Assembly (NCBI GenBank): GCA_017540455.1
Contig: JAFYAZ010000026.1
Coordinates: 1-53,635 of the forward strand
Reading direction: 5' to 3'
Origin: Bacilli bacterium
Lineage (GTDB): Bacteria > Bacillota_I > Bacilli_A > RFN20 > CAG-826
DNA length: 53,635 bases
Shown: piece by piece, positions 1-9,603 of the stretch
Layout of the letters: each line of letters starts with the position of its first letter
How positions within the stretch are numbered: the stretch's first letter is position 1
The notes under the pieces: generated by a model
The model's database searches: none
Seen by the model: only the letters and a program-made list of their open reading frames with translations
What the model was told of the DNA's origin: nothing
Made by a program: the position numbers and the translations under genes

Positions 1-2
1 AG

Positions 3-641
3 GTCTTCTCTACCGCCGAAGACAACCAGCCAGCCGTCGACATCATGGTTTACCAAGGTGAAAGACAGATGGCCCACGATAACAAATTACTCGGCCACTT
101 CCAGCTTTCTGGCATCAAACCAGCAAGACGTGGACAGCCAAGAATCGAAGTCACCTTCAGCATTGACGTCAACGGTATCGTCAAAGTCAGCGCCAAAGAC
201 CTCGACACCCAGCAATCTCAGGACATCACCATCAGCGGTTCCAATGGCCTTTCCAAAGAGGACATCGACCGCATGATCAGAGAAGCCGAGGAAAACAAAG
301 AGGCCGATGCCAAGCGTAAAGGCGACATCGAGGTCAAGAACAAGGCTCAGACCTACATTGACCAGATCAACCAGACCTTAGTCGAACAAGGCGACAAGCT
401 TACCCAAGAGCAGAAAGACGAACTCATCAAGATCCGTGACGAAGCTCAGGGCGCTATGGGTGCCAACGACATCGAGAAACTCCGCGAGATCGTCGGAAGA
501 CTCGAAGACACCGCTGCGAAAGCCGCTCAGTACGCTCAGCAAACCGGCGCTAACCCAAACCCAGGAGCTGATGCTTCTAGTGCTGGACAGACCGGTGCCG
601 ACGATGTCGTCGATGCCGATTTCACCGATAAGAAAAACTAA
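3..641 (+). CDS. dnaK: Chaperone DnaK (Hsp70), C-terminal part; 5' end outside window
   Basis: [14 protein letters not shown]...QGER...[15 protein letters not shown] substrate-binding domain; DVVDADF tail; directly upstream of dnaJ. Confidence 0.98.
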   Translation, partial: VFSTAEDNQPAVDIMVYQGERQMAHDNKLLGHFQLSGIKPARRGQPRIEVTFSIDVNGIVKVSAKDLDTQQSQDITISGSNGLSKEDIDRMIREAEENKEADAKRKGDIEVKNKAQTYIDQINQTLVEQGDKLTQEQKDELIKIRDEAQGAMGANDIEKLREIVGRLEDTAAKAAQYAQQTGANPNPGADASSAGQTGADDVVDADFTDKKN

Positions 642-657
642 TCATCATCTACGAGGT

Positions 658-691
658 GGTGGCGTCAAAAACTAGGCGCCACCAGCCTTTT
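658..691 (+). terminator. Intercistronic hairpin between dnaK and dnaJ (terminator/attenuator or mRNA stabiliser)
   Basis: GGTGGCGTC-AAAAACTA-GGCGCCACC followed by AGCCTTTTT. Confidence 0.6.
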
Positions 692-709
692 GTTAAAAAG
701 GAGTAAACA

Positions 710-1846
710 ATGGCAGAGGCAAAACGCGACTATTATGAAGTCCTTGGCGTGTCCAAAAGCGCGTCCAAAGACGAAATCAAAAGCGCCTACCGCAAACTAG
801 CCAAGCAATACCATCCGGATATCAACCATTCTCCTGACGCCCCAAAGAAATTCGAGGAGATTCAGGAGGCCTATGACGTCCTCTTCGACGATTCCAAGAG
901 AAAGCAGTACGACCAGTTCGGACACGCTGCCTTCCAGCAAGGTGGATCGACAGGAGGAGCGGGCAACCCATTCGGTGGAGCTGGCTTCTCAGGCGCCGGT
1001 TTTGGCGATGTCGACCTCAATGACATTTTCTCTAGCTTCTTCGGAGGCGGAAGACGCAGTTCAAGAAGCGCCAGCGGGCCACAGAAAGGAAACGACGTCC
1101 TCATTCAGCGCACGATTTCCTTCATGGATTCCATCAAAGGCACCCATCTTAGCGTCCCTATCACCTACGATGAGCCTTGCTCCCATTGCCACGGCACTGG
1201 TGCAGAGAGCCCAAGCGATATCTCAACTTGCCCATATTGTGGCGGTCGCGGCTACACTTTACATACCCAAAGAACCCTCTTTGGCACTATGCAGACCGAA
1301 GGTCCATGCGAACATTGCCATGGCACAGGCAAAGTTGTCAAAAACAACTGCAAAACCTGTGGAGGCAGCGGTTACAACCGCGTCCATAAAGACCTTGATG
1401 TCAATATCCCAGCTGGTATCAACAATGGCCAGCAGGTCCGCGTCAAAGGCAAGGGCGAAAGAGGCATCAATGGCGGAGAAAATGGCGACTTATACATCGA
1501 AGTCCGCATCAAGAAAGACCCAACCTTCACCCGTGATGGCAATGATATCCACATGGAACTTGAGCTATCCTTCGTCGACTGTGCCCTCGGCGCGAGCTTA
1601 GACGTCCAAACCGTCTATGGCTCGGTTGAGGTCTCAATCCCAGCGGGAACGCAGCCAAATCAGATCCTCAAGCTCAAAGGACAAGGCGTCAAAGACCTCC
1701 GTACCGGACGTCCAGGCGATCAGTTCCTTCACGTGAAAGTCACGACGCCAACGAATCTATCGTCTACTGAGAAAGATTTGCTCAGACAATTCCAAAAAGA
1801 AGAGCAAGCCAAGCTCGGCAAGTGGTGGAACAAAGGTAAAAAATAA
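710..1846 (+). CDS. dnaJ: Chaperone DnaJ
   Basis: J-domain with HPD, G/F-rich region, four CxxCxGxG repeats; SD AAGGAG upstream. Confidence 0.98.
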   Translation: MAEAKRDYYEVLGVSKSASKDEIKSAYRKLAKQYHPDINHSPDAPKKFEEIQEAYDVLFDDSKRKQYDQFGHAAFQQGGSTGGAGNPFGGAGFSGAGFGDVDLNDIFSSFFGGGRRSSRSASGPQKGNDVLIQRTISFMDSIKGTHLSVPITYDEPCSHCHGTGAESPSDISTCPYCGGRGYTLHTQRTLFGTMQTEGPCEHCHGTGKVVKNNCKTCGGSGYNRVHKDLDVNIPAGINNGQQVRVKGKGERGINGGENGDLYIEVRIKKDPTFTRDGNDIHMELELSFVDCALGASLDVQTVYGSVEVSIPAGTQPNQILKLKGQGVKDLRTGRPGDQFLHVKVTTPTNLSSTEKDLLRQFQKEEQAKLGKWWNKGKK

Positions 1847-1850
1847 GATT

Positions 1851-1877
1851 AAGGTCTCACAAGGTGAGGCCTTTTTT
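1851..1877 (+). terminator. Intrinsic terminator after dnaJ
   Basis: AAGGTCTCAC-AAG-GTGAGGCCTT plus T tract. Confidence 0.85.
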
Positions 1878-1933
1878 CTTGCTCGTATGCGTGCGAAGGG
1901 GTTATGCTATGTCTTGTATTAAGAAAACTATTT

Positions 1934-2386
1934 ATGCCTACTTGTAGAAATTGCCATCGCACAATCGGAAAATTTGATGCCGACGTTTGCCCATACTGCG
2001 GAACAACCGATCCAATTGATTCTCAGTATCGGACCAAAGATATGACGTCTTTCATCGATCCTCAGAAGCCAAAATCTGGCTTATATAGGAGTAAGAGCCG
2101 CAAGACGGCTGCTTTGCTTTGCATGTTGCTCGGCTTTGCCGGCGCCCATGATTTCTATCTTGGCTATAAGAAAAACGGACTCATCAACATCATCTTTACC
2201 CTTTGTTTCGTCGGAATCATCGGTACTGTGATGCTTGTTCTCAATCTTACCCACGTTATCGAATGGTCAATCCCTGGCGCATATCTTTTGCCATTCGCGG
2301 CCGACTTCCTTTTCCATGTCGGCTATGGCTTACGTTACCTTTTCAAAGACTCCCTTAAAGACGGGAATGGAGTGTTCCTTCGCTAA
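1934..2386 (+). CDS. TM2-domain membrane protein with N-terminal zinc ribbon
   Basis: CRNC...CPYC at the N-terminus; KSRKTAALLCMLLGFAGAHDFYLG is a TM2-domain signature; start moved to ATG 1934. Confidence 0.8.
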   Translation: MPTCRNCHRTIGKFDADVCPYCGTTDPIDSQYRTKDMTSFIDPQKPKSGLYRSKSRKTAALLCMLLGFAGAHDFYLGYKKNGLINIIFTLCFVGIIGTVMLVLNLTHVIEWSIPGAYLLPFAADFLFHVGYGLRYLFKDSLKDGNGVFLR

Positions 2387-2388
2387 AA

Positions 2389-3108
2389 ATGGAACGCTTC
2401 TTCGGCCGAGTCGAAGGGGAGAAGGCCTATATCAGCCCCGACAAAGCACATCATTTAGTGCGTGTTTTGCGTGCGAAAAAGGGCGATAAGGTCGAAATTG
2501 CCGATACCGGTGAGCTTTATCTTTGCGAGATTAAGAACCTTGATCCGCTCGATATCAGCGTCATCGAATCCTTATACAAACCAAAACCTCTTCCTTTCAC
2601 GGTTGTTTTGGCGTTCGCTCTCCTTAAAGGCGGGCATGATGAACTCGTTCTCCAAAAAGGAACTGAGCTGGGCGTAAATGAATTCGTCCCATATATCTCT
2701 AGTCGCACGATCGTGAGACTAGACCAGAAAGACAAAGAAAAGCGCCAAAGCCGTTTCGAAAAGATCGTTCTTTCTTCTTGTGAGCAATGCAAACGTATCG
2801 ATATACCAAAAGTCGACGAGATCTTATCTTTTGATAAGATGACCGATATGAAATTCGACCGTGCTTTCTTCGCTTACGAAGGACTATCGCATGAATCTTT
2901 CAATCTTGCTGCCGAAGCCGCAAAGGTCAAGGAAGGCGAAAGGGTTTTGCTTATCGTTGGTCCTGAAGGCGGATTTGATGAGAAAGAGGTCGCTCTTGCC
3001 ACCAAGAAAGGCCTAACGCCTGTTTCTCTTGGACAGAGAATCCTCCGCGCTGAAACCGCCTCAATATACATGGCCAGTGTCTTTTCATTCTTAGGGGAGA
3101 GTAAATAA
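2389..3108 (+). CDS. rsmE: 16S rRNA m3U1498 methyltransferase RsmE
   Basis: HHLVRVLR, QKGTELGV, EQC, IVGPEGGF and SLGQRILRAETA motifs. Confidence 0.96.
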   Translation: MERFFGRVEGEKAYISPDKAHHLVRVLRAKKGDKVEIADTGELYLCEIKNLDPLDISVIESLYKPKPLPFTVVLAFALLKGGHDELVLQKGTELGVNEFVPYISSRTIVRLDQKDKEKRQSRFEKIVLSSCEQCKRIDIPKVDEILSFDKMTDMKFDRAFFAYEGLSHESFNLAAEAAKVKEGERVLLIVGPEGGFDEKEVALATKKGLTPVSLGQRILRAETASIYMASVFSFLGESK

Positions 3109-3866
3109 TGACCCTCTATCAGCTCTTAGCAGACAACCAGGCGCCAACATCGTTCGATCATGGCGATGAAATGGCTTTCTATAACCGTTATTCCTACAAA
3201 CTATCGGATAACGAGCCTTTTGCCTATCTTTCCAAGATGGTTGACTCCTTTGGGATCATCAGAGCAAATATCGTTTTACGCGCCATCATGAACAAAGAAG
3301 AGATTGAGAAGGAATTTTTCGCTCATTCAAAACTCCTTGAAAAGAACCCAGACCTCACTCCGATGAAGGAGTTCATGGACAACGTCACCAGCACCTTGCC
3401 TTATCTTGAGGTTGGTGGTGAAAAGATCTATGTTCCGATTTTCCCATCTTCCTTGGCGTCCATCTATACGAACTCCTACGAAAAGCTATCTGTCCCGCCA
3501 TACAAGAAACTGCTTAAGGATTACGAGGCCGCTCTCATCGATCCGTTTGACTATTATGGCCCAGCCTTGTATGACTCATATTTCACCAAACTTGTTATCA
3601 TCCGTAAGACTGAAAAGTCGATGGCGGCTTATGATTACGATGCTGAATGCATCTATTTCATCAACGAAGAAGGTAGGCTTGACGCCAAGATTGCCTTATT
3701 CGACAAAGGCTTAACAAAGCCATTAAAGAACCATATGATTCCACGCATCCAGAAAGTCGTTGATGCGTATTACGAAAACGACAGAGATAAGATGCTCAAT
3801 GTCCTTTTAAAGGAAAAGCTAATCTCTGACGCTCTCAGGAAAAAGGCTGACGAGAAAAAGAAATGA
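3108..3866 (+). CDS. Hypothetical protein (252 aa, soluble)
   Basis: Long ORF overlapping the rsmE stop and mtaB start; no motif recognised. Confidence 0.8.
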   Translation: MTLYQLLADNQAPTSFDHGDEMAFYNRYSYKLSDNEPFAYLSKMVDSFGIIRANIVLRAIMNKEEIEKEFFAHSKLLEKNPDLTPMKEFMDNVTSTLPYLEVGGEKIYVPIFPSSLASIYTNSYEKLSVPPYKKLLKDYEAALIDPFDYYGPALYDSYFTKLVIIRKTEKSMAAYDYDAECIYFINEEGRLDAKIALFDKGLTKPLKNHMIPRIQKVVDAYYENDRDKMLNVLLKEKLISDALRKKADEKKK

Positions 3867-5143
3867 AGTTCTTTGTTTTTTCTCTTGGCTGCAAAGTTAA
3901 CTCCTACGAGAAAGACGCCATAAAAGAAGCCCTCATCCAGAGAGGCGACGAAGAGGTGTCTAAGCCTGAAGAGGCTTCTTTGATCGTTGTTAATACCTGT
4001 TCAGTCACGGCAACAAGCGATCAAAAATCCCGTCAGCATATCCGCAAATTCAGAAGACTGTCGCCCGACGCGACCATCGCTGTCATGGGTTGTTATTCAG
4101 AAGGCCACCTAAGTGAAGCTGAGACTCTCGGGGCTGATATCATCATTGGAACCTCAAAGAGAGATAAGCTTCTTTCCTATATCGACGAGTTCCAAAAGAA
4201 CCACAAGAAGATCGTCGATGTAACTTATCTGTCTAGAAAGAAGATATACGAAGAATTGCCTTCGAGTGCTTTCACGAATAACGCCAGAGCCTACCTCAAA
4301 ATCCAGGATGGATGCGACAAATTCTGCTCTTATTGTCTTATTCCGTTCGTTAGAGGAAACTCCCGTTCAAGAGCCAAGGAAGACGCTTTGAAAGAGGCAA
4401 AAGCCTTAGTCGATAAAGGTTATCAAGAGCTTGTTCTTACCGGCATAGAGGTTGGTTTCTATGGCCTAGATCTTTATGGCAAGGAATATGGTTTAGGCGA
4501 ACTTGTTGAGGACATCATAAGAGAGAATCCAACTCTTAAGAGGCTTCGTTTATCGTCGATCGACATCAGCGAGATTTCCGACAAGCTTTTCGAAGACTTC
4601 AAAAACTACCCAGCTTTGATGCCTCATCTCCATTTATCTCTTCAGTCCGGTTCAGACAGTGTCTTAAAGAGAATGAAGCGCAACTATACGACGGCTGAAT
4701 ATTTTGAGAAAGTCTGCATGCTGCGTGATATGTGTCCGGACATCGCTATCACAACCGATATAATCGCCGGCTTCCCAGAAGAAACCGAGGAGGAGTGGAA
4801 AGAGACCATGGATTTTGCAAAGAAATGTGCCTTTGCCGAGATTCATTGCTTTGCCTACTCTCCACGTAAAGGAACGGCGGCCGTTAAGATGAAACAAGTC
4901 GACAGCGCAACCAAAGATAGAAGATCCCATGAGTTGCTAGCGCTTTCCCGCGAACTCAGGGATAAATATGAAAACAAATTCTTTGGACAGGAAATGGAAG
5001 TCCTTTTTGAGGACTATGACGAGAAGAAAGGCTATGCCTACGGCCATACCAAAAACTACCTTCTCGTTAAGAAAAAGAGCGATCATTCACTACAAAAAAC
5101 CTTCGGCCCAGTTCTTTATGATGAGAGCAGTAGAGCCGACTAG
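3863..5143 (+). CDS. mtaB: tRNA t6A37 methylthiotransferase MtaB (radical SAM)
   Basis: LGCKVN, NTCSVT, GCY and KIQDGCDKFCSYC (CxxxCxxC); conserved dnaJ-rsmE-mtaB context. Confidence 0.93.
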   Translation: MKFFVFSLGCKVNSYEKDAIKEALIQRGDEEVSKPEEASLIVVNTCSVTATSDQKSRQHIRKFRRLSPDATIAVMGCYSEGHLSEAETLGADIIIGTSKRDKLLSYIDEFQKNHKKIVDVTYLSRKKIYEELPSSAFTNNARAYLKIQDGCDKFCSYCLIPFVRGNSRSRAKEDALKEAKALVDKGYQELVLTGIEVGFYGLDLYGKEYGLGELVEDIIRENPTLKRLRLSSIDISEISDKLFEDFKNYPALMPHLHLSLQSGSDSVLKRMKRNYTTAEYFEKVCMLRDMCPDIAITTDIIAGFPEETEEEWKETMDFAKKCAFAEIHCFAYSPRKGTAAVKMKQVDSATKDRRSHELLALSRELRDKYENKFFGQEMEVLFEDYDEKKGYAYGHTKNYLLVKKKSDHSLQKTFGPVLYDESSRAD

Positions 5144-5248
5144 CGTTTTTCTTCGATAATTGCCATTATTTTTTAATCAGTGTAATGAATTCCATATAAG
5201 GTGCTATCGGCACTTTACGGATTTTTTATGACATTGACCAAAAATAAT

Positions 5249-5276
5249 TTGACTAACGTAGGTTCTTCTTTATAAT
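5249..5276 (+). promoter_or_regulatory. SigA-type promoter of rpmF
   Basis: TTGACT-N16-TATAAT; SD AAGGAGG at 5291-5297. Confidence 0.75.
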
Positions 5277-5305
5277 TATCCCAGTCCAACAAGGAGGATC
5301 GAAAA

Positions 5306-5491
5306 ATGGCAGTCCCGCAGAGAAGAATTGGTAAAACCGCTAAAAGAAAAAGAAGAACTCATTTCAACCTCGCAGCCCCAGCTTTGGTTCAGTGCAGCCA
5401 CTGTGGTTCAATGGTTAGACCTCACCACGTTTGCCCAGAATGTGGCTACTACGATGGTAAGGATATCCTTCACCTCAAAAAAGGCGAATAA
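5306..5491 (+). CDS. rpmF: 50S ribosomal protein L32 (Zn-binding form)
   Basis: MAVPQRR...KRRTH; CSHC and CPEC pairs. Confidence 0.97.
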   Translation: MAVPQRRIGKTAKRKRRTHFNLAAPALVQCSHCGSMVRPHHVCPECGYYDGKDILHLKKGE

Positions 5492-5507
5492 TCTGTCTTG
5501 AGTTAAC

Positions 5508-5535
5508 GGGTGCTCTTAATCGGGCGCCCTTTTTT
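5508..5535 (+). terminator. Intrinsic terminator after rpmF
   Basis: GGGTGCTC-TTAATC-GGGCGCCC plus T tract. Confidence 0.8.
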
Positions 5536-5565
5536 ATTACTTAAAAAAGACTTAGAATTATATCC

Positions 5566-6567
5566 ATGAAAGTTCTTTTGTATTTTGAAGGGCAAGAAGC
5601 CATCAAAACGAGCGGCATCGGCCGTGCTTTAAGCCATCAAATCAGAGCTCTTGAAAGCCAGGGCATCGAATATACCCTTAACCCAAAGGATGATTTCGAT
5701 ATCGCCCATATCAATACCCTCTGGGCCAAAAGCGGTGCCGTCTTGAGAAAATGCAAGAAAAAGGGTATCCCAGTCATCGTTCATGGCCATTCAACCTTTG
5801 AGGATTTCAGAAAATCCTTTAAGGCCTGGCAGCTCGTCGCACCTTTTTATAATTCGCGCATCAGGCGCATGTACTCACGCGCGGACCTTGTTATTACGCC
5901 AACCCCATATTCCAAAGGTCTTATCGAAGGATATGGCTTCGTTAAAAAAGTTATAGATATCTCTAATGGAATCGATCTTCAGGAATATGCTGAAAATCTC
6001 GATGCCCAGAAAGCTTTCAGAGAGAAGTTTGGCATTAAAGAAGGCGAGAAATTCGTCATGGGTGTCGGCTTCCCGTTCGAAAGAAAAGGAATCCAGGACT
6101 TCTTTGAAGTCGCTAGATCATTCCCTGATGTTAAATTCATCTGGTTTGGAGCTCTTCAGAAGATTCTGACCAACCATAAAGTCAAAGTCTGGGTTAAGAA
6201 CCGTCCAGCTAACGCCATCATGGCCGGATACTGCAAAGGCGACCTAATTCATGGCGCATATCAGCAGGCGACATGTTTATTCTTCCCATCATTAGAAGAG
6301 ACTGAAGGCATTGTCGTTTTAGAGGCTTTAGCCAGCCATTGCCCTCTTGTTGTGCGTAATATTGGCGTTTATGAACCCTGGCTCAAAGACGGGGTGAACG
6401 CTCACATCGAAAAAGATAACGAAGGCTTCGTCAAAACCATCGACTCTTTGCTCAAAAACGGTGAGAACAAAGCTATCCTCGATGAAGGCTATAAAGTGGT
6501 TGAGGCGAGAACCCTCGAGATCGTTGGAGGCAAATTAAAAGAGGCTTACGAGAGCCTCCTTAAATAG
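5566..6567 (+). CDS. GT4 glycosyltransferase, probably a glycolipid synthase (CpoA-like)
   Basis: SGIGRALSHQ, HGHSTFEDF and FFPSLEETEGIVVLEALAS (EX7E) motifs. Confidence 0.85.
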   Translation: MKVLLYFEGQEAIKTSGIGRALSHQIRALESQGIEYTLNPKDDFDIAHINTLWAKSGAVLRKCKKKGIPVIVHGHSTFEDFRKSFKAWQLVAPFYNSRIRRMYSRADLVITPTPYSKGLIEGYGFVKKVIDISNGIDLQEYAENLDAQKAFREKFGIKEGEKFVMGVGFPFERKGIQDFFEVARSFPDVKFIWFGALQKILTNHKVKVWVKNRPANAIMAGYCKGDLIHGAYQQATCLFFPSLEETEGIVVLEALASHCPLVVRNIGVYEPWLKDGVNAHIEKDNEGFVKTIDSLLKNGENKAILDEGYKVVEARTLEIVGGKLKEAYESLLK

Positions 6568-7524
6568 TTATTTGAGCCACGCTCTTTCAAGCAATGCACA
6601 ATAGCTTCTTCCTTTTTCCGGAAGAGGCTTTTTTAGATTCTTGACCTCTTTCCATTCGGTCTTTACATTCTTCAAGTAAGTCTTGGTAGCGCCGTACTTC
6701 TTGTCGAGCGATAAATCAAAGAGAAGCGATAAATAAGAACGGAATGTTGTCTTCTTGAAGGCTTCGATAAGCGACTTATCTGGATTCTTCTCGAGATAGC
6801 TTCTAATGAGGGCAAAGACCCAGAGATGTCTTTCAGCACGGTCGGTGCGGTGGACGCTCATCGCGCTAGTTGGAACGTTCTTGTAGTAATAGTAGAGAGG
6901 GTCTTTGATGCAGACGACCTTCTTGCAATAAGAGAGCATTGAGATGCAGAAAGCGACATCCTCAAACATGTCTTTATGATCGGAAAGGAGAAGCAACGGT
7001 CTCTTTTCGATGATTTCTCTCTTCCACATCTTGGTCCAAAGAAATCCGCGGAACGACATGTCCCAAAGGAACGCGGTGATTGTCTCTTTGGTGTTATATG
7101 TTGCGCTAGAGGAGAAGGAGAAGGCTTTCTCTTTTTCCTTATCATCGACTTGATAAAAAGAGCAATTTACACAGTCAGCGCCGGTGTTTCTCATCGTTTT
7201 CACGAGAGTGGATAAGCAATCATTCCTTAGCTTGTCGTCAGCGTCCATGAAATAGATGTAGTCGCCTTTGCTATCGAGTATGGCTTTCCAACGGGAAAGA
7301 GCCTGGCCCATACGGTATGGCTCGGTATGGACTTTTATCTGATCTGGGTATTTCTCAGCGTATTCTTTGGCTAAGACCAAGCTCCCATCACCAGAATCGT
7401 CGATGCCCATGATAAGTTCGGTTGGTTCGCTAAAATCCTGGTTGAGGAAGGAGTCGAGGGCTCTTTCCAAAGTGTCTCTGTTCCTAAAGACAGGCATGAT
7501 GACGGAAACGACTGGTTTGTTCAT
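6568..7524 (-). CDS. GT2 glycosyltransferase
   Basis: VSVIMPVF, DDSGDGS, YIYFMDADD (DxD) and FED motifs; start set at ATG 7524. Confidence 0.88.
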   Translation of the reverse strand: MNKPVVSVIMPVFRNRDTLERALDSFLNQDFSEPTELIMGIDDSGDGSLVLAKEYAEKYPDQIKVHTEPYRMGQALSRWKAILDSKGDYIYFMDADDKLRNDCLSTLVKTMRNTGADCVNCSFYQVDDKEKEKAFSFSSSATYNTKETITAFLWDMSFRGFLWTKMWKREIIEKRPLLLLSDHKDMFEDVAFCISMLSYCKKVVCIKDPLYYYYKNVPTSAMSVHRTDRAERHLWVFALIRSYLEKNPDKSLIEAFKKTTFRSYLSLLFDLSLDKKYGATKTYLKNVKTEWKEVKNLKKPLPEKGRSYCALLERAWLK

Positions 7525-7579
7525 GCCGTAATGATAGCATATAAAACAGTCACTTAAGTGACTAAAAATTTGAAAAAGG

Positions 7580-7607
7580 TTGCAAAACACCTAGACTTCG
7601 ATAGAAT
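7580..7607 (+). promoter_or_regulatory. SigA-type promoter of rpsU
   Basis: TTGCAA-N16-TAGAAT; SD GAGGTG before ATG 7639. Confidence 0.6.
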
Positions 7608-7638
7608 AATGAAGCACGAAAGAGAGGTGAATCCGATC

Positions 7639-7815
7639 ATGCCAGTCAAAACAGTTCTTCGCGAAGGCGAAAATCTCGATGAGGCCTTACGTCGTTTCAA
7701 GAGAAGCGTCAATAAGAGCGGCATTCTCCTCGAATCAAGAAAAAGAGAGTTCTATCTCAAAACCGGCCTTCGTAGAAAAATGAAGTCCGAAATGGCCCGC
7801 CGTAAAAAGTGGTAA
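7639..7815 (+). CDS. rpsU: 30S ribosomal protein S21
   Basis: [17 protein letters not shown]...RKREFYLK. Confidence 0.96.
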   Translation: MPVKTVLREGENLDEALRRFKRSVNKSGILLESRKREFYLKTGLRRKMKSEMARRKKW

Positions 7816-7821
7816 AAATCA

Positions 7822-7850
7822 TCCCTCAGCAAAATGAGGGATTTTTTATT
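7822..7850 (+). terminator. Intrinsic terminator after rpsU
   Basis: TCCCTCA-GCAAAA-TGAGGGA plus T tract. Confidence 0.85.
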
Positions 7851-7855
7851 ACGAG

Positions 7856-7894
7856 TTTCTGAAAAAACGGATTTCCAACTCTATATGGTAAGTG
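7856..7894 (+). promoter_or_regulatory. Putative alternative-sigma promoter motif, copy 1
   Basis: TTTCTGAAAAA-N12-CTCTATAT-GGTAAGTG; same blocks and spacing as the copy at 22084-22122. Confidence 0.55.
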
Positions 7895-9100
7895 ATGGGA
7901 ATTTTTGTTTATCAGGGAGATGAGGAAGGCTGTGGCCTTGCCACCCTCAAAATGCTCCTCTTGGATCTGACCAAGAAAAAAGGCTATCGCTATCTGACTT
8001 CGGAGAAAGAGACGGATATCTCATTAGAGGATATCCGGCATATTGCTTTCAAAGAAGGCGTCGACATCAAGTGGAAGCGGGCATCTTCTAAGGAAGAATT
8101 GCTCTTAGCCACGAGTTTTCCTTTACTCATTCTTTTAGAAGGAAGCAACAAAGGGCATCTTGTCTACTTAAAGAAAGGCACGAAGAAGAAATTCCTGGTT
8201 TATGACCCTGCCATTGGCAAGAGATGGGTGAAAAAGGAGGATTTCATTAAGGATTTCTCATGCGTGTATGGTGAGCCCGTTCTCTTTAGCGTCGAGAACT
8301 GTCCTTACACAAAGCCGAAGATCTTTTCAAAAAAGGGGTTCTTCCTTAGTTCGCTCACATCTTTACTTGGAATCGCATCGCTTTATTTCGGCCTCTATTT
8401 ATTAGGCAATGAGGATTCCTATATCGTTGTCGCTATTCTGCTTTCTTTATACGGATTACTGAGTGTTGGATCACGATTGATCAATGGTTTTTTCAGCCGA
8501 AGGTTCGATAAGCGGTGGCTCAAATACGTTCCTTCAAATTCGAAGAAGAAACTCGCTAAAAATTACGAGCGTTACTATGCTTTCAAGAGCTCAACCTTCC
8601 CAGCGGTCATGACGATTGTTGAGGGGGTAAGCGTCGTCTTTGGTCTTTCGTTCCTCTTTGGGCTCAATGACCCTTATTTCTATGTGTCCGCTATCGGGCT
8701 AAGCATCTATCTTGCGCTAGAAAGCGGCATTTTCAGAAAGAAGGTCGTCAAAAAGAAGGAATCGCTTGTCCTTGCCGAAGAAAATCTCCTTCAAGGCAAA
8801 GACAACATCCGAGAACAGCTCAAGAAGATGAGCTCAATAAGCAATAAGGCCTTTCAAATTGGGGAAGGTGCAACATATGTTCAAATCATCTATATGGCGG
8901 TGGCGATTGGCCTCGCGTTCATCCCTTCGATGATGAGTGAGAACTTCACGTTGAACTACTTCCTTTTCCATTTCTTTGGCCTCTTGGGACTTGGTCAAGG
9001 CATCAGGTCCCTCCTCAATTTCTTCGAGAACCGTTCCGAAAGAGAAAGAGCCTATATCTATTTCTTAGACAATTTCGTAAAAAAAGAAGACTCAAGATAA
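7892..9100 (+). CDS. Peptidase C39 domain membrane protein (PCAT-like N-terminus plus TM region, no ATPase domain)
   Basis: YQGDEEGCGLATLKM (Q...CG), GHLVYL and VYDPA give a Cys-His-Asp triad; about 6 hydrophobic segments; no Walker A or ABC signature; start is GTG 7892 or ATG 7895. Confidence 0.8.
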   Translation: MMGIFVYQGDEEGCGLATLKMLLLDLTKKKGYRYLTSEKETDISLEDIRHIAFKEGVDIKWKRASSKEELLLATSFPLLILLEGSNKGHLVYLKKGTKKKFLVYDPAIGKRWVKKEDFIKDFSCVYGEPVLFSVENCPYTKPKIFSKKGFFLSSLTSLLGIASLYFGLYLLGNEDSYIVVAILLSLYGLLSVGSRLINGFFSRRFDKRWLKYVPSNSKKKLAKNYERYYAFKSSTFPAVMTIVEGVSVVFGLSFLFGLNDPYFYVSAIGLSIYLALESGIFRKKVVKKKESLVLAEENLLQGKDNIREQLKKMSSISNKAFQIGEGATYVQIIYMAVAIGLAFIPSMMSENFTLNYFLFHFFGLLGLGQGIRSLLNFFENRSERERAYIYFLDNFVKKEDSR

Positions 9101-9138
9101 TTTTATCTTGGGTCGTCATGTGCTAAAGTATTGCCGAT

Positions 9139-9603
9139 ATGGAAGTTGTATTTGATAACCCTTACGGAAAAGAATTCGATTGGCTTAACGAGAGGTACTC
9201 GGAAATAACCAAAGCCGCATTCTCTTACCTTGATGTGAAAGAGAATTACGAAATCGATGTTTCTCTCGTCGATGATGAGACGATTCATCAGATAAATAGG
9301 GACTATAGGAACGTTGACCGCGTTACCGACGTCATCTCTTTTGCCTTCAATGATGATAAGGACCCAAACGACCAAATCAACTCCTTAGAGGTGCAAAAGA
9401 TGTTAGGAGAAATCCTCATCTGTTTGCCTCAGGCCAAACGCCAAGCAGCCGAGATTGGAAATACCCTTGAGCGTGAACTCTCATTCCTTTTCACGCATGG
9501 GCTTCTCCATTTGCTTGGCTATGACCACATGACACCAGAAGACGAAGCTATAATGTTCCCTCTTCAAGAGAAGATTCTTGGCCTCGTAGGAGATAAAAAA
9601 TGA
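9139..9603 (+). CDS. ybeY: rRNA maturation endoribonuclease YbeY
   Basis: INRDYR, TDVISF and HGLLHLLGYDH motifs. Confidence 0.97.
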   Translation: MEVVFDNPYGKEFDWLNERYSEITKAAFSYLDVKENYEIDVSLVDDETIHQINRDYRNVDRVTDVISFAFNDDKDPNDQINSLEVQKMLGEILICLPQAKRQAAEIGNTLERELSFLFTHGLLHLLGYDHMTPEDEAIMFPLQEKILGLVGDKK

